Shown here one piece after another: positions 10,292 through 20,407 of a stretch of DNA of 44,834 bases. The stretch lies in sequence record DRR723986_1726; one strand, written 5' to 3'. Below the pieces are notes generated by a model. The model was not told the origin of the DNA. It did no database searches and saw only the letters and a program-made list of their open reading frames with translations. The first letter of the stretch is position 1; the number at the start of each line of letters is the position of its first letter. The position numbers were made by a program, and so were the translations under genes.

Positions 10292-10318
10292 AGACGGGCG
10301 CATATCACAAAAGGTTCA
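10292..10318 (-). promoter_or_regulatory. Putative ECF sigma promoter GAACC-N16-CGTC upstream of sigma copy 1
   Basis: Minus strand tGAACC ttttgtgatatgcgcc CGTCT, about 26 nt before the start codon. Confidence 0.65.
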
Positions 10319-10332
10319 GTTTTTAACGCCCA

Positions 10333-11145
10333 TTAATCGGGGATTGCCATCACCCCTTGCATAACCTCAACCGCTTGGCCCGAAATCAGCACACGATCAC
10401 CGATGACTTCTAGCCATAACTCGCCGCCGCGGGCGGATATTTGACGCGCAATCAGTTTAGGGAAACCCAACTTTTGCGCCCAATAAGGCGCGGAAACACA
10501 GTGAGCCGAGCCAGTAACCGGGTCTTCGCCTATGCCGTGGTTGGGGAAAAAGCAGCGTGAGACAAAATCCGCGCTGCCATCACTGGGAGCTGTAGCAATA
10601 AAGCCGTATGGTGCGAACGCCTTAAGAGCATTCATGTCTGGCGACAAATTCCTGACCGTTTCAGCATCAGGATATACCAACAATAAATCGCGGTCACCCT
10701 GCTCGCTTTTCAGCACAGCGTCAGGCTCAACACCCATAGCGGCGCCAAGCCCAAATGGCGCTTCAAAAGGAAACTGTGGAAGGCTAGGAAAATCCAAGCG
10801 GTAGCGAGCACCCTCCCGCACCACCGTTAAAATGCCAGATAGCGTTTGAAACCGCACGGTTTCAAGGTGTGCCTGCAAATGGTTGAACACCACATACGCC
10901 GCCGCCAATGTGGCATGACCGCACAATGCCACTTCCACCCCTGGTGTGAACCAGCGCAGGTGATAGTCAGCGTCACCGCCATTTAACGGCACAATGAAAG
11001 CGGTTTCAGACAGGTTGTTCTCAAGCGCTATAGATTGCAGCAATCCATCATCGAAGAACCCATCAAGCGGACACACCGCTGCCGGGTTGCCACCGAAAGC
11101 CTGGTTCGTGAAAGCATCGACCTGATATATGGGAATATTGATCAT
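10333..11145 (-). CDS. PhzF family isomerase/epimerase
   Basis: YQVDAFT...GNPAAVC, NLSETAF, LCGHATLA, EDPVTGSAH. Start set at ATG 11145 (MINIPIYQVDAF). Confidence 0.92.
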   Translation of the reverse strand: MINIPIYQVDAFTNQAFGGNPAAVCPLDGFFDDGLLQSIALENNLSETAFIVPLNGGDADYHLRWFTPGVEVALCGHATLAAAYVVFNHLQAHLETVRFQTLSGILTVVREGARYRLDFPSLPQFPFEAPFGLGAAMGVEPDAVLKSEQGDRDLLLVYPDAETVRNLSPDMNALKAFAPYGFIATAPSDGSADFVSRCFFPNHGIGEDPVTGSAHCVSAPYWAQKLGFPKLIARQISARGGELWLEVIGDRVLISGQAVEVMQGVMAIPD

Positions 11146-11155
11146 GCCCTGCAAC

Positions 11156-11521
11156 TCAAGTTGACGCCCAAGTTTTGATTTCATCGGCATCTTTGGCCGC
11201 AAAACCCAACCGGAACTCGCTACCCTTTTGCCAAACAGGTCGCTTTACCAGCGCATCATTGGCAGCCATTAAAGTAATGGCTTTTGCTTCACCAACGTCT
11301 TGCTTATCAGCATCATCCAGCTTGCGCCATGTGGTGCCGCGCGTATTCAAAAGGCTTTCCCAGCCCAGCTTTTCACTAAAGCCAGAGAGCAATTCAGCGC
11401 TAATACCGTCTTTACGGTAATCGTGAAATTGATACTCAATACCCGCGCTCTCAAGCCACTTGCGGGCTTTCTTCACCGTGTCACAATTTTTAATGCCATA
11501 CAGTGTTATCATCGCTATCAA
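11156..11521 (-). CDS. ArsC/Spx-MgsR family reductase (YffB-like)
   Basis: YGIKNCDTVKKARKWL, LLNTRGTTWRKL, LVKRP. Confidence 0.92.
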   Translation of the reverse strand: MIAMITLYGIKNCDTVKKARKWLESAGIEYQFHDYRKDGISAELLSGFSEKLGWESLLNTRGTTWRKLDDADKQDVGEAKAITLMAANDALVKRPVWQKGSEFRLGFAAKDADEIKTWAST

Positions 11522-12438
11522 TCCTTCTGATTTGGCAGTTCCGCATGGGTTAAATTATCTGATTGTTCACTGAGCGGGTCCACATGAATGAGAATTTCAG
11601 CATCAGGATACTGCTCCCCCAGTGTGGCTTCAACCTCATCGGCTATGAAGTGAGCCTTGCGCACAGATAAATCGCCGTCCACTTCGATATGCAACTGGAT
11701 AAATTTATCCCGGCCCGAGGCACGGGTGCGCAAATCATGCAAGCCCAGCACGCCGGGGCTTTCCATCACGGTGTTAAATATTTGCTCGCGTTCATCACCG
11801 GGAAACTCGCGGTCCATAAGCATGTCAGTGGCAGGCTTAGCCACCCCGAAAGCAGACCACAGAATGTAGGCACCAATAGCCAAACCGATAAACCCGTCTG
11901 CTAAAAACATGTTATTCATGGCACACAGTGCTGACCCCACAACTGCAAGGTTAAGCAGTATGTCGCCTTTGTAGTGCAAATGGTCCCCGGCCACGGCGAT
12001 AGAACCAGTTTTCTTGATGACATAGGCCTGAAACCTGACAAGAACGAGCGATAGCACAATGGCAAACACTGAAACGCCGATCATTGTTTCGGTGGCATCA
12101 ACATACGTAGGAGCCCATAGCCTGCCCAATGAACCCAATATAAGAAACATCGCCGCTGTCGCCATCAACGCGCCTTGAAACAAACCAGAGAGTGCCTCTG
12201 CTTTGCCGTGGCCAAACCTATGCGCTTCATCAGCTGGAGCAATGGCAGTACGAACCGCCAGCAACGTGATTAATGATGCAGCAAAATCCAAACCTGAGTC
12301 TGTCAAAGAGCCAAGCATAGCAACTGAATCTGACCGCCACCATGTGGTGGTTTTAACCAGCACCAGAGTGATCGCAACCGATACAGATGCATAGGTTGCC
12401 AGCTTCATCAACCGGTCAGATTTTTCGCGCGCGTTCAT
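11518..12438 (-). CDS. Cation diffusion facilitator (FieF/YiiP-like)
   Basis: DSGLD, HRFGHGKAEAL, DHLHYKGD, HDLRTR, ILIHVDP. Confidence 0.92.
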   Translation of the reverse strand: MNAREKSDRLMKLATYASVSVAITLVLVKTTTWWRSDSVAMLGSLTDSGLDFAASLITLLAVRTAIAPADEAHRFGHGKAEALSGLFQGALMATAAMFLILGSLGRLWAPTYVDATETMIGVSVFAIVLSLVLVRFQAYVIKKTGSIAVAGDHLHYKGDILLNLAVVGSALCAMNNMFLADGFIGLAIGAYILWSAFGVAKPATDMLMDREFPGDEREQIFNTVMESPGVLGLHDLRTRASGRDKFIQLHIEVDGDLSVRKAHFIADEVEATLGEQYPDAEILIHVDPLSEQSDNLTHAELPNQKD

Positions 12439-12519
12439 TATGCAATAGCCTTGATTTTCATGGCTCTACTGTCGCGGAACACTGGCTGTTTGTCACCTTC
12501 AATTTTATGACTGTAGACT

Positions 12520-12552
12520 AAAAAAAAGCGCCCAGAAGTCTGGGCGCTTTTT
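12520..12552 (-). terminator. Rho-independent terminator of the F0 atp operon (possibly bidirectional)
   Basis: AAAAAAAAGCGCCCAGA-AG-TCTGGGCGCTTTTT. Confidence 0.85.
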
Positions 12553-12578
12553 AAAATTGTATGCGTAAGCTGTTCAGC

Positions 12579-13082
12579 TTAATGAAGCTTTTTCTCAACT
12601 TCAGCAATGGCGTCATCCACCAGTGCAGCGCCAGATTTGCCCTTCATAGAGCTTGCAAGAACCGAAGTAGCAGCTTCAACCGCCACGGTAACCGCAGCCG
12701 CTTTAACTTCTTTAATCGCATTAGCTTCAGCCTGCGCAATTTTTTCTTCGGCGCTGCGTTCGCGGCGGGCCATCAAGTCAGCCAGATCAGCTTTGGCTGT
12801 TTTAGCCATAATCTTGGCATCTGCCTTCGCTTGGGCCACCATATCAGCGGCTTCCTGCTCGGCGTCGCGTTGCTTGCGCTGGTACTCAATAACCATATTT
12901 TCGGCTTCGGCCCGAAGAGCTTTGGCTTCGTCAATTTGCGCCCGAATGGCATCCAGCTTTTCGTCCAAGCCTTCAACAACTTTCTTGTGAATGCCCTTGT
13001 ATAGCAAGCCACCAACGAAAACAGCGAAAGACCCCGCAACCCAGAAGGTTGTATCAGCGTAAAATGGTACATCACCCGCCAT
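12579..13082 (-). CDS. atpF: F0F1 ATP synthase subunit b
   Basis: N-terminal TM (FWVAGSFAVFVG) followed by a coiled coil; last gene of the F0 operon. Confidence 0.9.
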   Translation of the reverse strand: MAGDVPFYADTTFWVAGSFAVFVGGLLYKGIHKKVVEGLDEKLDAIRAQIDEAKALRAEAENMVIEYQRKQRDAEQEAADMVAQAKADAKIMAKTAKADLADLMARRERSAEEKIAQAEANAIKEVKAAAVTVAVEAATSVLASSMKGKSGAALVDDAIAEVEKKLH

Positions 13083-13083
13083 G

Positions 13084-13632
13084 TTATGCTCCCTTCGCCG
13101 TCATAGCAGCTTTCACTGCGCTTGAGATGTCTTTGTCGCTTGCAGGCGTTTGCGCAAGGCGATTAACAATATCAGATGCAACTTCAACCGCTATTGTTTC
13201 AAGTTCAGCAAGAGACTGCTTCTTGGCATCGTTAATACGCCCTTCCGCAGCACTGGCAGCCGCCGCAAGCTTTTCATCAAGCTTTGCCTGCTCAGAGGCT
13301 ATATCAGCAGCAGCCTTGTCCTTCGCAGCTTGAATGGTTTTCTGAGCCTGAGCACGCGCATCAGCCACGGCCTTCTCATAAGAAGCCCGAACCTCATCTG
13401 CTTCACCGCGCAGCATTTCTGCAGCATCCAGGTCCGCAGCAATCTTTTCCTCACGTCCTTCCAGCGCCGTGGCCACCCGTGGTAGCACCAGCTTGGAAAT
13501 TACAAAGTAAAGAAATGCAAAGGTTAGTACCAACCAGGCAATCTGGTTAGTATAACTGCCGTCCTCAAGCACATTTAGCTGCGGAATACCGCCTGCTTGC
13601 TGCTCGGGAATTTCTGTAGTGGCCTGGAGCAT
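13084..13632 (-). CDS. F0F1 ATP synthase subunit b'
   Basis: GGIPQL...NQIAWLVLTFAFLYFVISKLVLPRV, the alphaproteobacterial b' pattern. Confidence 0.9.
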   Translation of the reverse strand: MLQATTEIPEQQAGGIPQLNVLEDGSYTNQIAWLVLTFAFLYFVISKLVLPRVATALEGREEKIAADLDAAEMLRGEADEVRASYEKAVADARAQAQKTIQAAKDKAAADIASEQAKLDEKLAAAASAAEGRINDAKKQSLAELETIAVEVASDIVNRLAQTPASDKDISSAVKAAMTAKGA

Positions 13633-13726
13633 CGTGCGCCTCTATGCCTTTATGCTAACGATAAATTACATTCAGTAAAAACTACATGGCACTGCAGTAT
13701 ACAGCGCCATTAGTTCGCGTCTGAAC

Positions 13727-13951
13727 CTATGTGAACAGGATCAGGAATGCGATCAACAGAGCGAAAAGACCTGTTGCTTCTACGAGCGCAAATGCAAGCA
13801 TCATTGTTGGGCGTTGCTTGTCAGCAGCAGCCGGGTTGCGCATAGCACCAGTAAGGTAGCTACCGAATACGTTACCGAGACCAGCACCAATGCCAGCCAA
13901 AGCGATAGTTGCAAGACCAGCACCGATCATTTTTGCAGCTTCAAGTTCCAT
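13727..13951 (-). CDS. atpE: F0F1 ATP synthase subunit c
   Basis: AAKMIGAGLA...MRNP...FALVEA. Confidence 0.97.
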   Translation of the reverse strand: MELEAAKMIGAGLATIALAGIGAGLGNVFGSYLTGAMRNPAAADKQRPTMMLAFALVEATGLFALLIAFLILFT

Positions 13952-14007
13952 TTTACGTTCCTCTTTTACAATAAAATTTGGGTAGTGTTAAAATTTAAGA
14001 CAAGCAC

Positions 14008-14757
14008 CTAATGCGAAGGATGCATAGCATCATTCAAGTAAATACAAGTCAAAATGGCGAATACATAAGCCTGCAAGAAGGCTATCAAAATCTCTAGTCC
14101 TGTGAGCATCACGTTAATGGCAAACGGTGCAACCGCCGCGACCGCACCGAAAGCACCAGCAGCAGACATGCTGATGATGAAGCCCGCGAAAACTTTCATC
14201 ATAATATGGCCAGCCATCATGTTCGCAAACAAACGCACAGACAAGCTAACAGGGCGGATGAGATAAGAGATAATTTCAATCGGTACGATCAGTGGTATCA
14301 TTGGTGCTGGCACACCGGAAGGCAAAAACAGCTTCAAATACCCAAAGCCATGCTTTGCAAAACCAATCACGGTTACGCCGAGAAAAACAAACATCGCAAT
14401 GGCCAAGTTGAACGCGATGTGGCTCGTAACGGTGAAGCTATACGGTATCATGCCGGCCAAATTCAGGCCCAGAATGAAGAAAAACAGGGTGAAGACAAAA
14501 GGAAAATAGCTTTTTCCCTCACGGCCCACATTATCTTTCACCAAGTTGGCAATAAATGTATAGGACATTTCCACCACCAACTGCCAGCGACTGGGCACCA
14601 GCTGGTTTTTCCGCGTTCCACCAAGAAAGAAAATAGTCAGAGCAAGCGTCACGAGCACCATCCACATCGAACTGATGGTGAAAGACACATCAATGCCTGC
14701 CACTTCAAGTTCAATATACTTGTCTACGTTGAATTGTTCGATAGGGCTGCTGGCCAC
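14008..14757 (-). CDS. atpB: F0F1 ATP synthase subunit a
   Basis: RPVSLSVRLFANMMAGH, LQAYVFAILTCIYL. Confidence 0.97.
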   Translation of the reverse strand: MASSPIEQFNVDKYIELEVAGIDVSFTISSMWMVLVTLALTIFFLGGTRKNQLVPSRWQLVVEMSYTFIANLVKDNVGREGKSYFPFVFTLFFFILGLNLAGMIPYSFTVTSHIAFNLAIAMFVFLGVTVIGFAKHGFGYLKLFLPSGVPAPMIPLIVPIEIISYLIRPVSLSVRLFANMMAGHIMMKVFAGFIISMSAAGAFGAVAAVAPFAINVMLTGLEILIAFLQAYVFAILTCIYLNDAMHPSH

Positions 14758-14808
14758 GGCAATAATCTCTTCAGTTTAGTGACACTCTCATGAGCGCGCG
14801 TTTAAAAC

Positions 14809-15162
14809 TCAGTCGTTATTCAATTCATCACCTTGAGCGTTATCCCGGGAGGCGGCATCCATCCGCTCTACATCTCGAAATATATTTCTAATTCCGCCTG
14901 CAAACCCGAGAATCAACAGCGTCACCATAAAAATCGGTGTCAAACCAGACCATTTATCGAACCAGTATCCGATAAAGGCACCAAGGCCGCTGCCAACCAC
15001 GAGTTCAATTCCCATTTTGAAGGCCATACCCATCGGTGAAGTCGGTTTATCTCCCGCTGCTTCAAACGATGTATCGTTGCCTGCCTTCACCTGGGCCTGA
15101 CGCAAGCGCTCTTCAAAAGACTGCTCATCCGGGCTTTTGTTGTCATTAGCCACCGAAAACAC
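14809..15162 (-). CDS. atpI: AtpZ/AtpI family ATP synthase protein I (true start may be GTG 15153)
   Basis: ELVVGSGLGAFIGYWFDKW...P...LGFAGG; first gene of the F0 operon. Confidence 0.88.
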   Translation of the reverse strand: MFSVANDNKSPDEQSFEERLRQAQVKAGNDTSFEAAGDKPTSPMGMAFKMGIELVVGSGLGAFIGYWFDKWSGLTPIFMVTLLILGFAGGIRNIFRDVERMDAASRDNAQGDELNND

Positions 15163-15313
15163 CTCTTGTTTATGCGCTTTAATCAGAGTGTTCCAAGCTG
15201 AATCAAAACTCTGCCAAAGGCACGCGCAACATAGTGAAGCCTTTATCTAGTGTCAAGAAACAATAAAAATATATTAAGTCATTGTTTTATATGGTATAAT
15301 ATGAATTTATAAG

Positions 15314-18300
15314 CTAGCCGGCATCACGCAATGCCTCTGCTCGTTCAAGGTCTACGGAGACAAGGGTAGAGATTCCTCTTTCCGCCATTGTCACACCAAA
15401 CAAACGGCGCATCCTAGCCATACTGACCGCATTATGGGTCACAATCAGAAAGCGCGTGTCTGTTCGGCCCATCATTTCATCAAGCAAATTACAGAATCGC
15501 TCCACATTGGCATCATCAAGCGGGGCATCCACCTCATCAAGCACACAGATAGGTGCAGGGTTGGTGATAAACACGGCAAATATCAACGAAAGCGCAGTCA
15601 AGGCCTGCTCACCACCAGACAGCAGCGACAGCGCTTGCAGGCGTTTGCCGGGTGGGCTTGCAAAAATTTCCAGGCCAGCATCCAGTGGGTCATCAGATTC
15701 AGTTAACTTCAAATGCGCTTCGCCGCCACCAAACAAAGATTTGAACAGCTCTCCGAAATGATTATTCACAATATCAAACGCTGTCAAAAGTCTTTCGCGG
15801 CCTTCCTTGTTAAGGCTGGAAATTGCCTGCCTCAACCGGGCAATTGCCTCTTCGAGATCTACACGCTCACGCACTAAATGGGTCATTTGCTCGTCAATTT
15901 CGTTCAGCTCCTCGTCTGCCCGTAAATTAACCGCTCCCATGCTGTCGCGTTCGCGTTTCAATTTCTCCAGTTTGGTTTCCAGCACGCTTACATCTGGCAA
16001 CTCATCCGAGCTTTCAATCTCAACTTTCTTAAGCAAGTCAGTTGGGGCGCATTCAAAACGTTCACCAACCTGTGCCGCTATGTCCTTCCTGCGACTGACA
16101 GCATTTTCAACAGCGGCATCTGCCCGAATTTGGCGCTCGCGAGCGTTGGCCTGTGCTTCCTGAATACCCTTTAATGCTGCATCTTTTTCCGCAAGCTTCG
16201 CCTCTGCCGACATGAGAGCGTCACTTGTTTCGCTGCGCGTTGCTTCCGCTTTGCCAATTTCTTCAAGCAACGCATTTCGCTGACGAACCAGATCATCAGG
16301 ACCAGCTTCAATTGCTGTCAGTTGTTCTTTCGCAGATGTTTCTCGCTCATCCAGCGAAGCAAGCTGCTTTTTCGCGCTTGTAACGCGCAAGTTCCAGGCA
16401 CCGCTCTCTGTATTAATGGCCGTTAGCCTATCGTTACGGGCTTCGGCTTCACGGCGCAGACTGTCATATGCCGCACGTGCTGAGCTTAAATCAGACCTAA
16501 GTTTCTCCACCAACGCCCGTACTTTAGCCAAATCCGCATCTAGCTGGTCCATTTTAGGCAAAGCGGTAATTTTTGCGTCGATATCCGCAAGGCGCTTATT
16601 TGTGTCGCTGGCTTCGCTTGCAATCCGGTCTTTGGTTTCCTTAAGCAAACTCACTTTACTGGCACGTGTACTGGCTTGCTGCTCCACACTAAGGAATGAC
16701 CGGCGGGCCTCCGCCAGTGCTTTTTCAGCGTCTTGTCTAACCTGCCTTTGGGTTTGTTCTGCTGTTCTTGCGCCGTCATGAGCCTGTATCGCCGCATCTG
16801 CTGCGGCTTCAGCGTCTGAAACACGTTCGCTGGCTTTTTCTAATTCTGTCGAAAGATCATTCAAGCGGTTTTTCTGTTCAAGCCTCATTGCTGCTTGGCT
16901 TGGCGCATCTGCTCGCGCTGTAAAGCCATCCCACCGCCACAATGAACCCGCTTTGCTCACTAGACGCTGGCCAGGCGCAAGAGACGGTGCAAGCTTATCG
17001 CCTACCGCATCACTATCCACAACGGCAGTGGCGGCAAATAATCGCTCTAGTGCAACTGGCCCCTCAACATAATCAGCGAGTGGATGTGCGTCTGTGTCCC
17101 AGTCAAATTTAGGCGCACTTCCCAGTGCCTGCCAGTAACGCGTAGCAGCAGCGTCGGTGCCAGCGTCTGCATCATCGCCGAGCGCTGCACCTACTGCTTT
17201 TTCGTATCCGGGATTGGCCGTTAAAGCATCGGCCACAGGCGTATCATCAGCGTCTTCATCAGACTGCAACAGCCGGGTTAAGCTATCCACTTCCGCCGAA
17301 AGCGCCTTCACATGGCCCGAAAGTTCCGCCCGCGCGCTATCTGCATCTTGGCGGCGCGTTCGCGCCTCCCCTGTGGCTTTCTCGGCTGCGTCCAATGATG
17401 TTGCCGCCGCCTCCAAGCGCTTTTCCTCCGCTGCAATGGCTTCTTCAGCATTTTTAAGCGCAGACAAGCTTTCGTCTGATTCCATCAAGGCTGAAAGCTC
17501 GCTATCAAGCCGAAATGTCTCAGCCACAAGTTGTTCAGCCCGGCGCGCAATCGCCAATTTATCACTTTCTAAGCTAGACCGCTGAGCTCTGGCGCCTGCC
17601 GCCTGCTCGCTTATGCGGTCAAATTCAGCCTCGGCCTCACCGGCAGCCTTCACCGCCGCATCCAAGGTTTCTTGTGCCGCTATTTCATCTGCTTTTTCTG
17701 CATCCCGCGCTGTCTCCAGTCGAGATTTTTCTGTGTTTAACCGATCAAGTGCCGCACCGGCATCGGTGGCAATTTCTTTTTCTCGAACCCGATCACCGGT
17801 AATCTGCTCAAGGCTAGCCCGCAGTGAAAGTGCGGTTTGCTTGCGCCGCTCAGCCTCGGACTCCATATTTTCACGAGCAATCGACAAACGCTGCAACGCT
17901 GCTGCAGCTGCTGCATCCTTATCTCGAAGTGGCGGCAACGCAGCGGCAATTTCGACTTGCTCTTTACTAATAGAAGCCACCTGCCCTGTGATATCGGCTG
18001 CCGCAGCTTCGGCCTCGCGCAGTTTGCGCTCCAGATCAATCACTTGCTCAGACGCCTGCCGCCAGCGCAAAAACATTAGACTTGCGTCAGCGCGGCGGAT
18101 ATCGCCGGAAATATTGCGGTACCGAACGGCCTGTCGGGCTTGGCGTTTCAGACTATTGATTTGGCTTTCCATTGCCTGAATAACATCATGCACTCGAACC
18201 AAATTGCCTTCAGCACCCCGCAAACGGCTTTCGGCATCTTTACGACGAGAATGGAGCCCGGAAATACCGGCCGCTTCTTCAAGAATAGCCCGCCTGTCCT

Positions 18301-18772
18301 GCGGCTTTGCATTAATTAGGCTGCCGATACGGCCCTGACTAACCAGAGCAGGTGAATGGGCACCTGTCGCCGCATCAGCGAACAATAGCTGTACGTCTTT
18401 CTGCCGCACATCATTACCATTAATACGGTATGCGGAACCGCTCTCACGCTCAATACGACGGGTTACTTCGATAATATCCTGATCGTTGTAATCCGCTGGC
18501 GCAGAACGGTCCCGGTTATCAATAACCAAAGTCACTTCAGCCATATTCCGTGCGGGACGACGGTCAGTTCCTGCAAAAATTACGTCGTCCATGCCAGAGC
18601 CACGCAAAGATTTTGCACGGTTTTCGCCCATAACCCAGCGAATTGCCTCCAGCAGATTGGATTTACCACAACCGTTTGGCCCCACAACACCTGTAAGGCC
18701 GGGCTCAATTAAAAGCTCGGTCGGGTCAACAAATGACTTAAAGCCTGATACTCGCAGTCGCGAAAATCGCAT
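15314..18772 (-). CDS. smc: Chromosome segregation protein SMC
   Basis: GFKSF, GPNGCGKSN, long coiled coils, LSGGEQALTA, LDEVDAPLD. Confidence 0.97.
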   Translation of the reverse strand: MRFSRLRVSGFKSFVDPTELLIEPGLTGVVGPNGCGKSNLLEAIRWVMGENRAKSLRGSGMDDVIFAGTDRRPARNMAEVTLVIDNRDRSAPADYNDQDIIEVTRRIERESGSAYRINGNDVRQKDVQLLFADAATGAHSPALVSQGRIGSLINAKPQDRRAILEEAAGISGLHSRRKDAESRLRGAEGNLVRVHDVIQAMESQINSLKRQARQAVRYRNISGDIRRADASLMFLRWRQASEQVIDLERKLREAEAAAADITGQVASISKEQVEIAAALPPLRDKDAAAAAALQRLSIARENMESEAERRKQTALSLRASLEQITGDRVREKEIATDAGAALDRLNTEKSRLETARDAEKADEIAAQETLDAAVKAAGEAEAEFDRISEQAAGARAQRSSLESDKLAIARRAEQLVAETFRLDSELSALMESDESLSALKNAEEAIAAEEKRLEAAATSLDAAEKATGEARTRRQDADSARAELSGHVKALSAEVDSLTRLLQSDEDADDTPVADALTANPGYEKAVGAALGDDADAGTDAAATRYWQALGSAPKFDWDTDAHPLADYVEGPVALERLFAATAVVDSDAVGDKLAPSLAPGQRLVSKAGSLWRWDGFTARADAPSQAAMRLEQKNRLNDLSTELEKASERVSDAEAAADAAIQAHDGARTAEQTQRQVRQDAEKALAEARRSFLSVEQQASTRASKVSLLKETKDRIASEASDTNKRLADIDAKITALPKMDQLDADLAKVRALVEKLRSDLSSARAAYDSLRREAEARNDRLTAINTESGAWNLRVTSAKKQLASLDERETSAKEQLTAIEAGPDDLVRQRNALLEEIGKAEATRSETSDALMSAEAKLAEKDAALKGIQEAQANARERQIRADAAVENAVSRRKDIAAQVGERFECAPTDLLKKVEIESSDELPDVSVLETKLEKLKRERDSMGAVNLRADEELNEIDEQMTHLVRERVDLEEAIARLRQAISSLNKEGRERLLTAFDIVNNHFGELFKSLFGGGEAHLKLTESDDPLDAGLEIFASPPGKRLQALSLLSGGEQALTALSLIFAVFITNPAPICVLDEVDAPLDDANVERFCNLLDEMMGRTDTRFLIVTHNAVSMARMRRLFGVTMAERGISTLVSVDLERAEALRDAG

Positions 18773-18890
18773 TGGCTTTGGTTACTCCCCTCCGATCGGC
18801 TCTTCATAATTTTGATAGTTTTATCCCCATAAAACCACCCGAAGAACCGATATCACTTCCTCCTTGAACGCTCGAAAGACTCAAGCGCTT

Positions 18891-19592
18891 TTATGACTCT
18901 GCGTCGATTGCCGCTTTAATATTTTCCCATGTGGCAATCTCGACTGTGTCACCATTAACAATGATTGTCGGCGTGGCATTCACATTGTAACGAATGGCCC
19001 CGTCCTGGCCCATTTTTACTAAATGCTTGCGCATATCCGTGTTTGCCACGCAGCGGTCAAATTCTGTACGGCTTATACCGCCGGCGCGGCGTGCAAGACT
19101 CGCTAATTTATCATCCCAACCTTCACCGCCAGCCCATTCGCGTTGGCGCGCAAAAAACACACCCATGAGCTTTTTAGTAACTTCAGGTGACTTGCACCGG
19201 GCCGCAGCAGATGCGGCCATATCGTATTTATTCATTACAAAATTACGGTAGACGAATTTTATCTTGCCCGTATCAATGAAGTCTTCTTTAATTTTCGGGA
19301 AAACAGTTGCGGCAAAATTGGCGCAGTGAGGGCATGTAAGCGATGCATATTCAATCACTTCAATTGGCGCATCAGGGTCGCCGTAAACAATATCCCCCCA
19401 TGTTCCCTTGCCGCCGGCCTCATCGGCCAACCTGTTAGCCTCAGCCAAGGCCTCTGCTTCTTGAGCCTGAACCACTTCCGGGTCAACTGAAGGTGTATTA
19501 TCACCAGCGTCTTCGCTGCAAGCACTTACTGCAAGCAAAGCAAAGCCCGCTGCCACAGCTTTGAAGAAATTACTATAAATTTGGTAGTTCAT
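18891..19592 (-). CDS. DsbA family thioredoxin-fold protein, predicted lipoprotein
   Basis: Lipobox-like LAVSAC; EYASLTCPHC; cis-Pro loop ATPT. Confidence 0.88.
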   Translation of the reverse strand: MNYQIYSNFFKAVAAGFALLAVSACSEDAGDNTPSVDPEVVQAQEAEALAEANRLADEAGGKGTWGDIVYGDPDAPIEVIEYASLTCPHCANFAATVFPKIKEDFIDTGKIKFVYRNFVMNKYDMAASAAARCKSPEVTKKLMGVFFARQREWAGGEGWDDKLASLARRAGGISRTEFDRCVANTDMRKHLVKMGQDGAIRYNVNATPTIIVNGDTVEIATWENIKAAIDAES

Positions 19593-19718
19593 GGAAACCT
19601 CACATACTATATATTGTGTTTAACCCGAAATATTTTGCGTTACGAGTCATTTTTTACCAATCAGCGTATTGCGCTGTTCGCACGTAAAATGTGCTGGATA
19701 AATTTGCGCAAAACCGGC

Positions 19719-20402
19719 TTAGTCATTGTTTAGAAAGTTACTGCCTAGCTGCGCTTCAATTCTCAGCTTCAACGGGTCATATCCCGGAAAGCTCATGGCA
19801 ACACCGTTAAGTACAAGGGTTGGAATGCCTTTGATGTCATATTTTTTGGCACCATTCTGGGTCATCTCCACGATATGCACCCGTACTTGTTGGTCCATCA
19901 AACATGCCGTCAACCCTTCTTGGTCCAGCCCTTCGCGGCTGACAATCTCTGCCAATGCACCGAGCGGATTATCGGACTGCAACCACCGCGCCTGTTCGGC
20001 AAACAACGTTGACAGCGTTCGCTTGGTTGCATCAACGTTTGTCATGCAACGACTGGCTGCTGCAGCGGCTAAATCAAAGCGGTCCCGCACAAAATTACGG
20101 AAGACAAACCGCAGTTTGCCATCATTAATAAAATCAACCATCAAGCGTGGCAGCACATCACTTGAAAAGCTTGCACAATGAGGGCAAGTCAAGGAACCGT
20201 ATTCAATAAGTTCAACCGGTGCGTCAGGGCTGCCATAGACAATGTCACCCCACACGCCTTCGCGCTCAGGTATGGTTGGTTCCGATGGGGCCGCAGGGTT
20301 TGTTTGCGGGGCATTGTTTTGCGCGTTAACGCCGACTGTTAGACCGGTGAGCAAAAAGCTTGCCGCAGCAACAATTGTGAAAATAGGCAATTTCAAAGTC
20401 AT
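19719..20402 (-). CDS. DsbA family thioredoxin-fold protein, signal peptide type
   Basis: Signal peptide (...GVNA), EYGSLTCPHC, GIPT. Confidence 0.88.
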   Translation of the reverse strand: MTLKLPIFTIVAAASFLLTGLTVGVNAQNNAPQTNPAAPSEPTIPEREGVWGDIVYGSPDAPVELIEYGSLTCPHCASFSSDVLPRLMVDFINDGKLRFVFRNFVRDRFDLAAAAASRCMTNVDATKRTLSTLFAEQARWLQSDNPLGALAEIVSREGLDQEGLTACLMDQQVRVHIVEMTQNGAKKYDIKGIPTLVLNGVAMSFPGYDPLKLRIEAQLGSNFLNND

Positions 20403-20407
20403 TTTCC

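Noticed and set aside
15434-18809. Many plus-strand Ala/Ser/Arg-rich ORFs
   Set aside because: Antisense shadows of the smc coiled-coil coding sequence.
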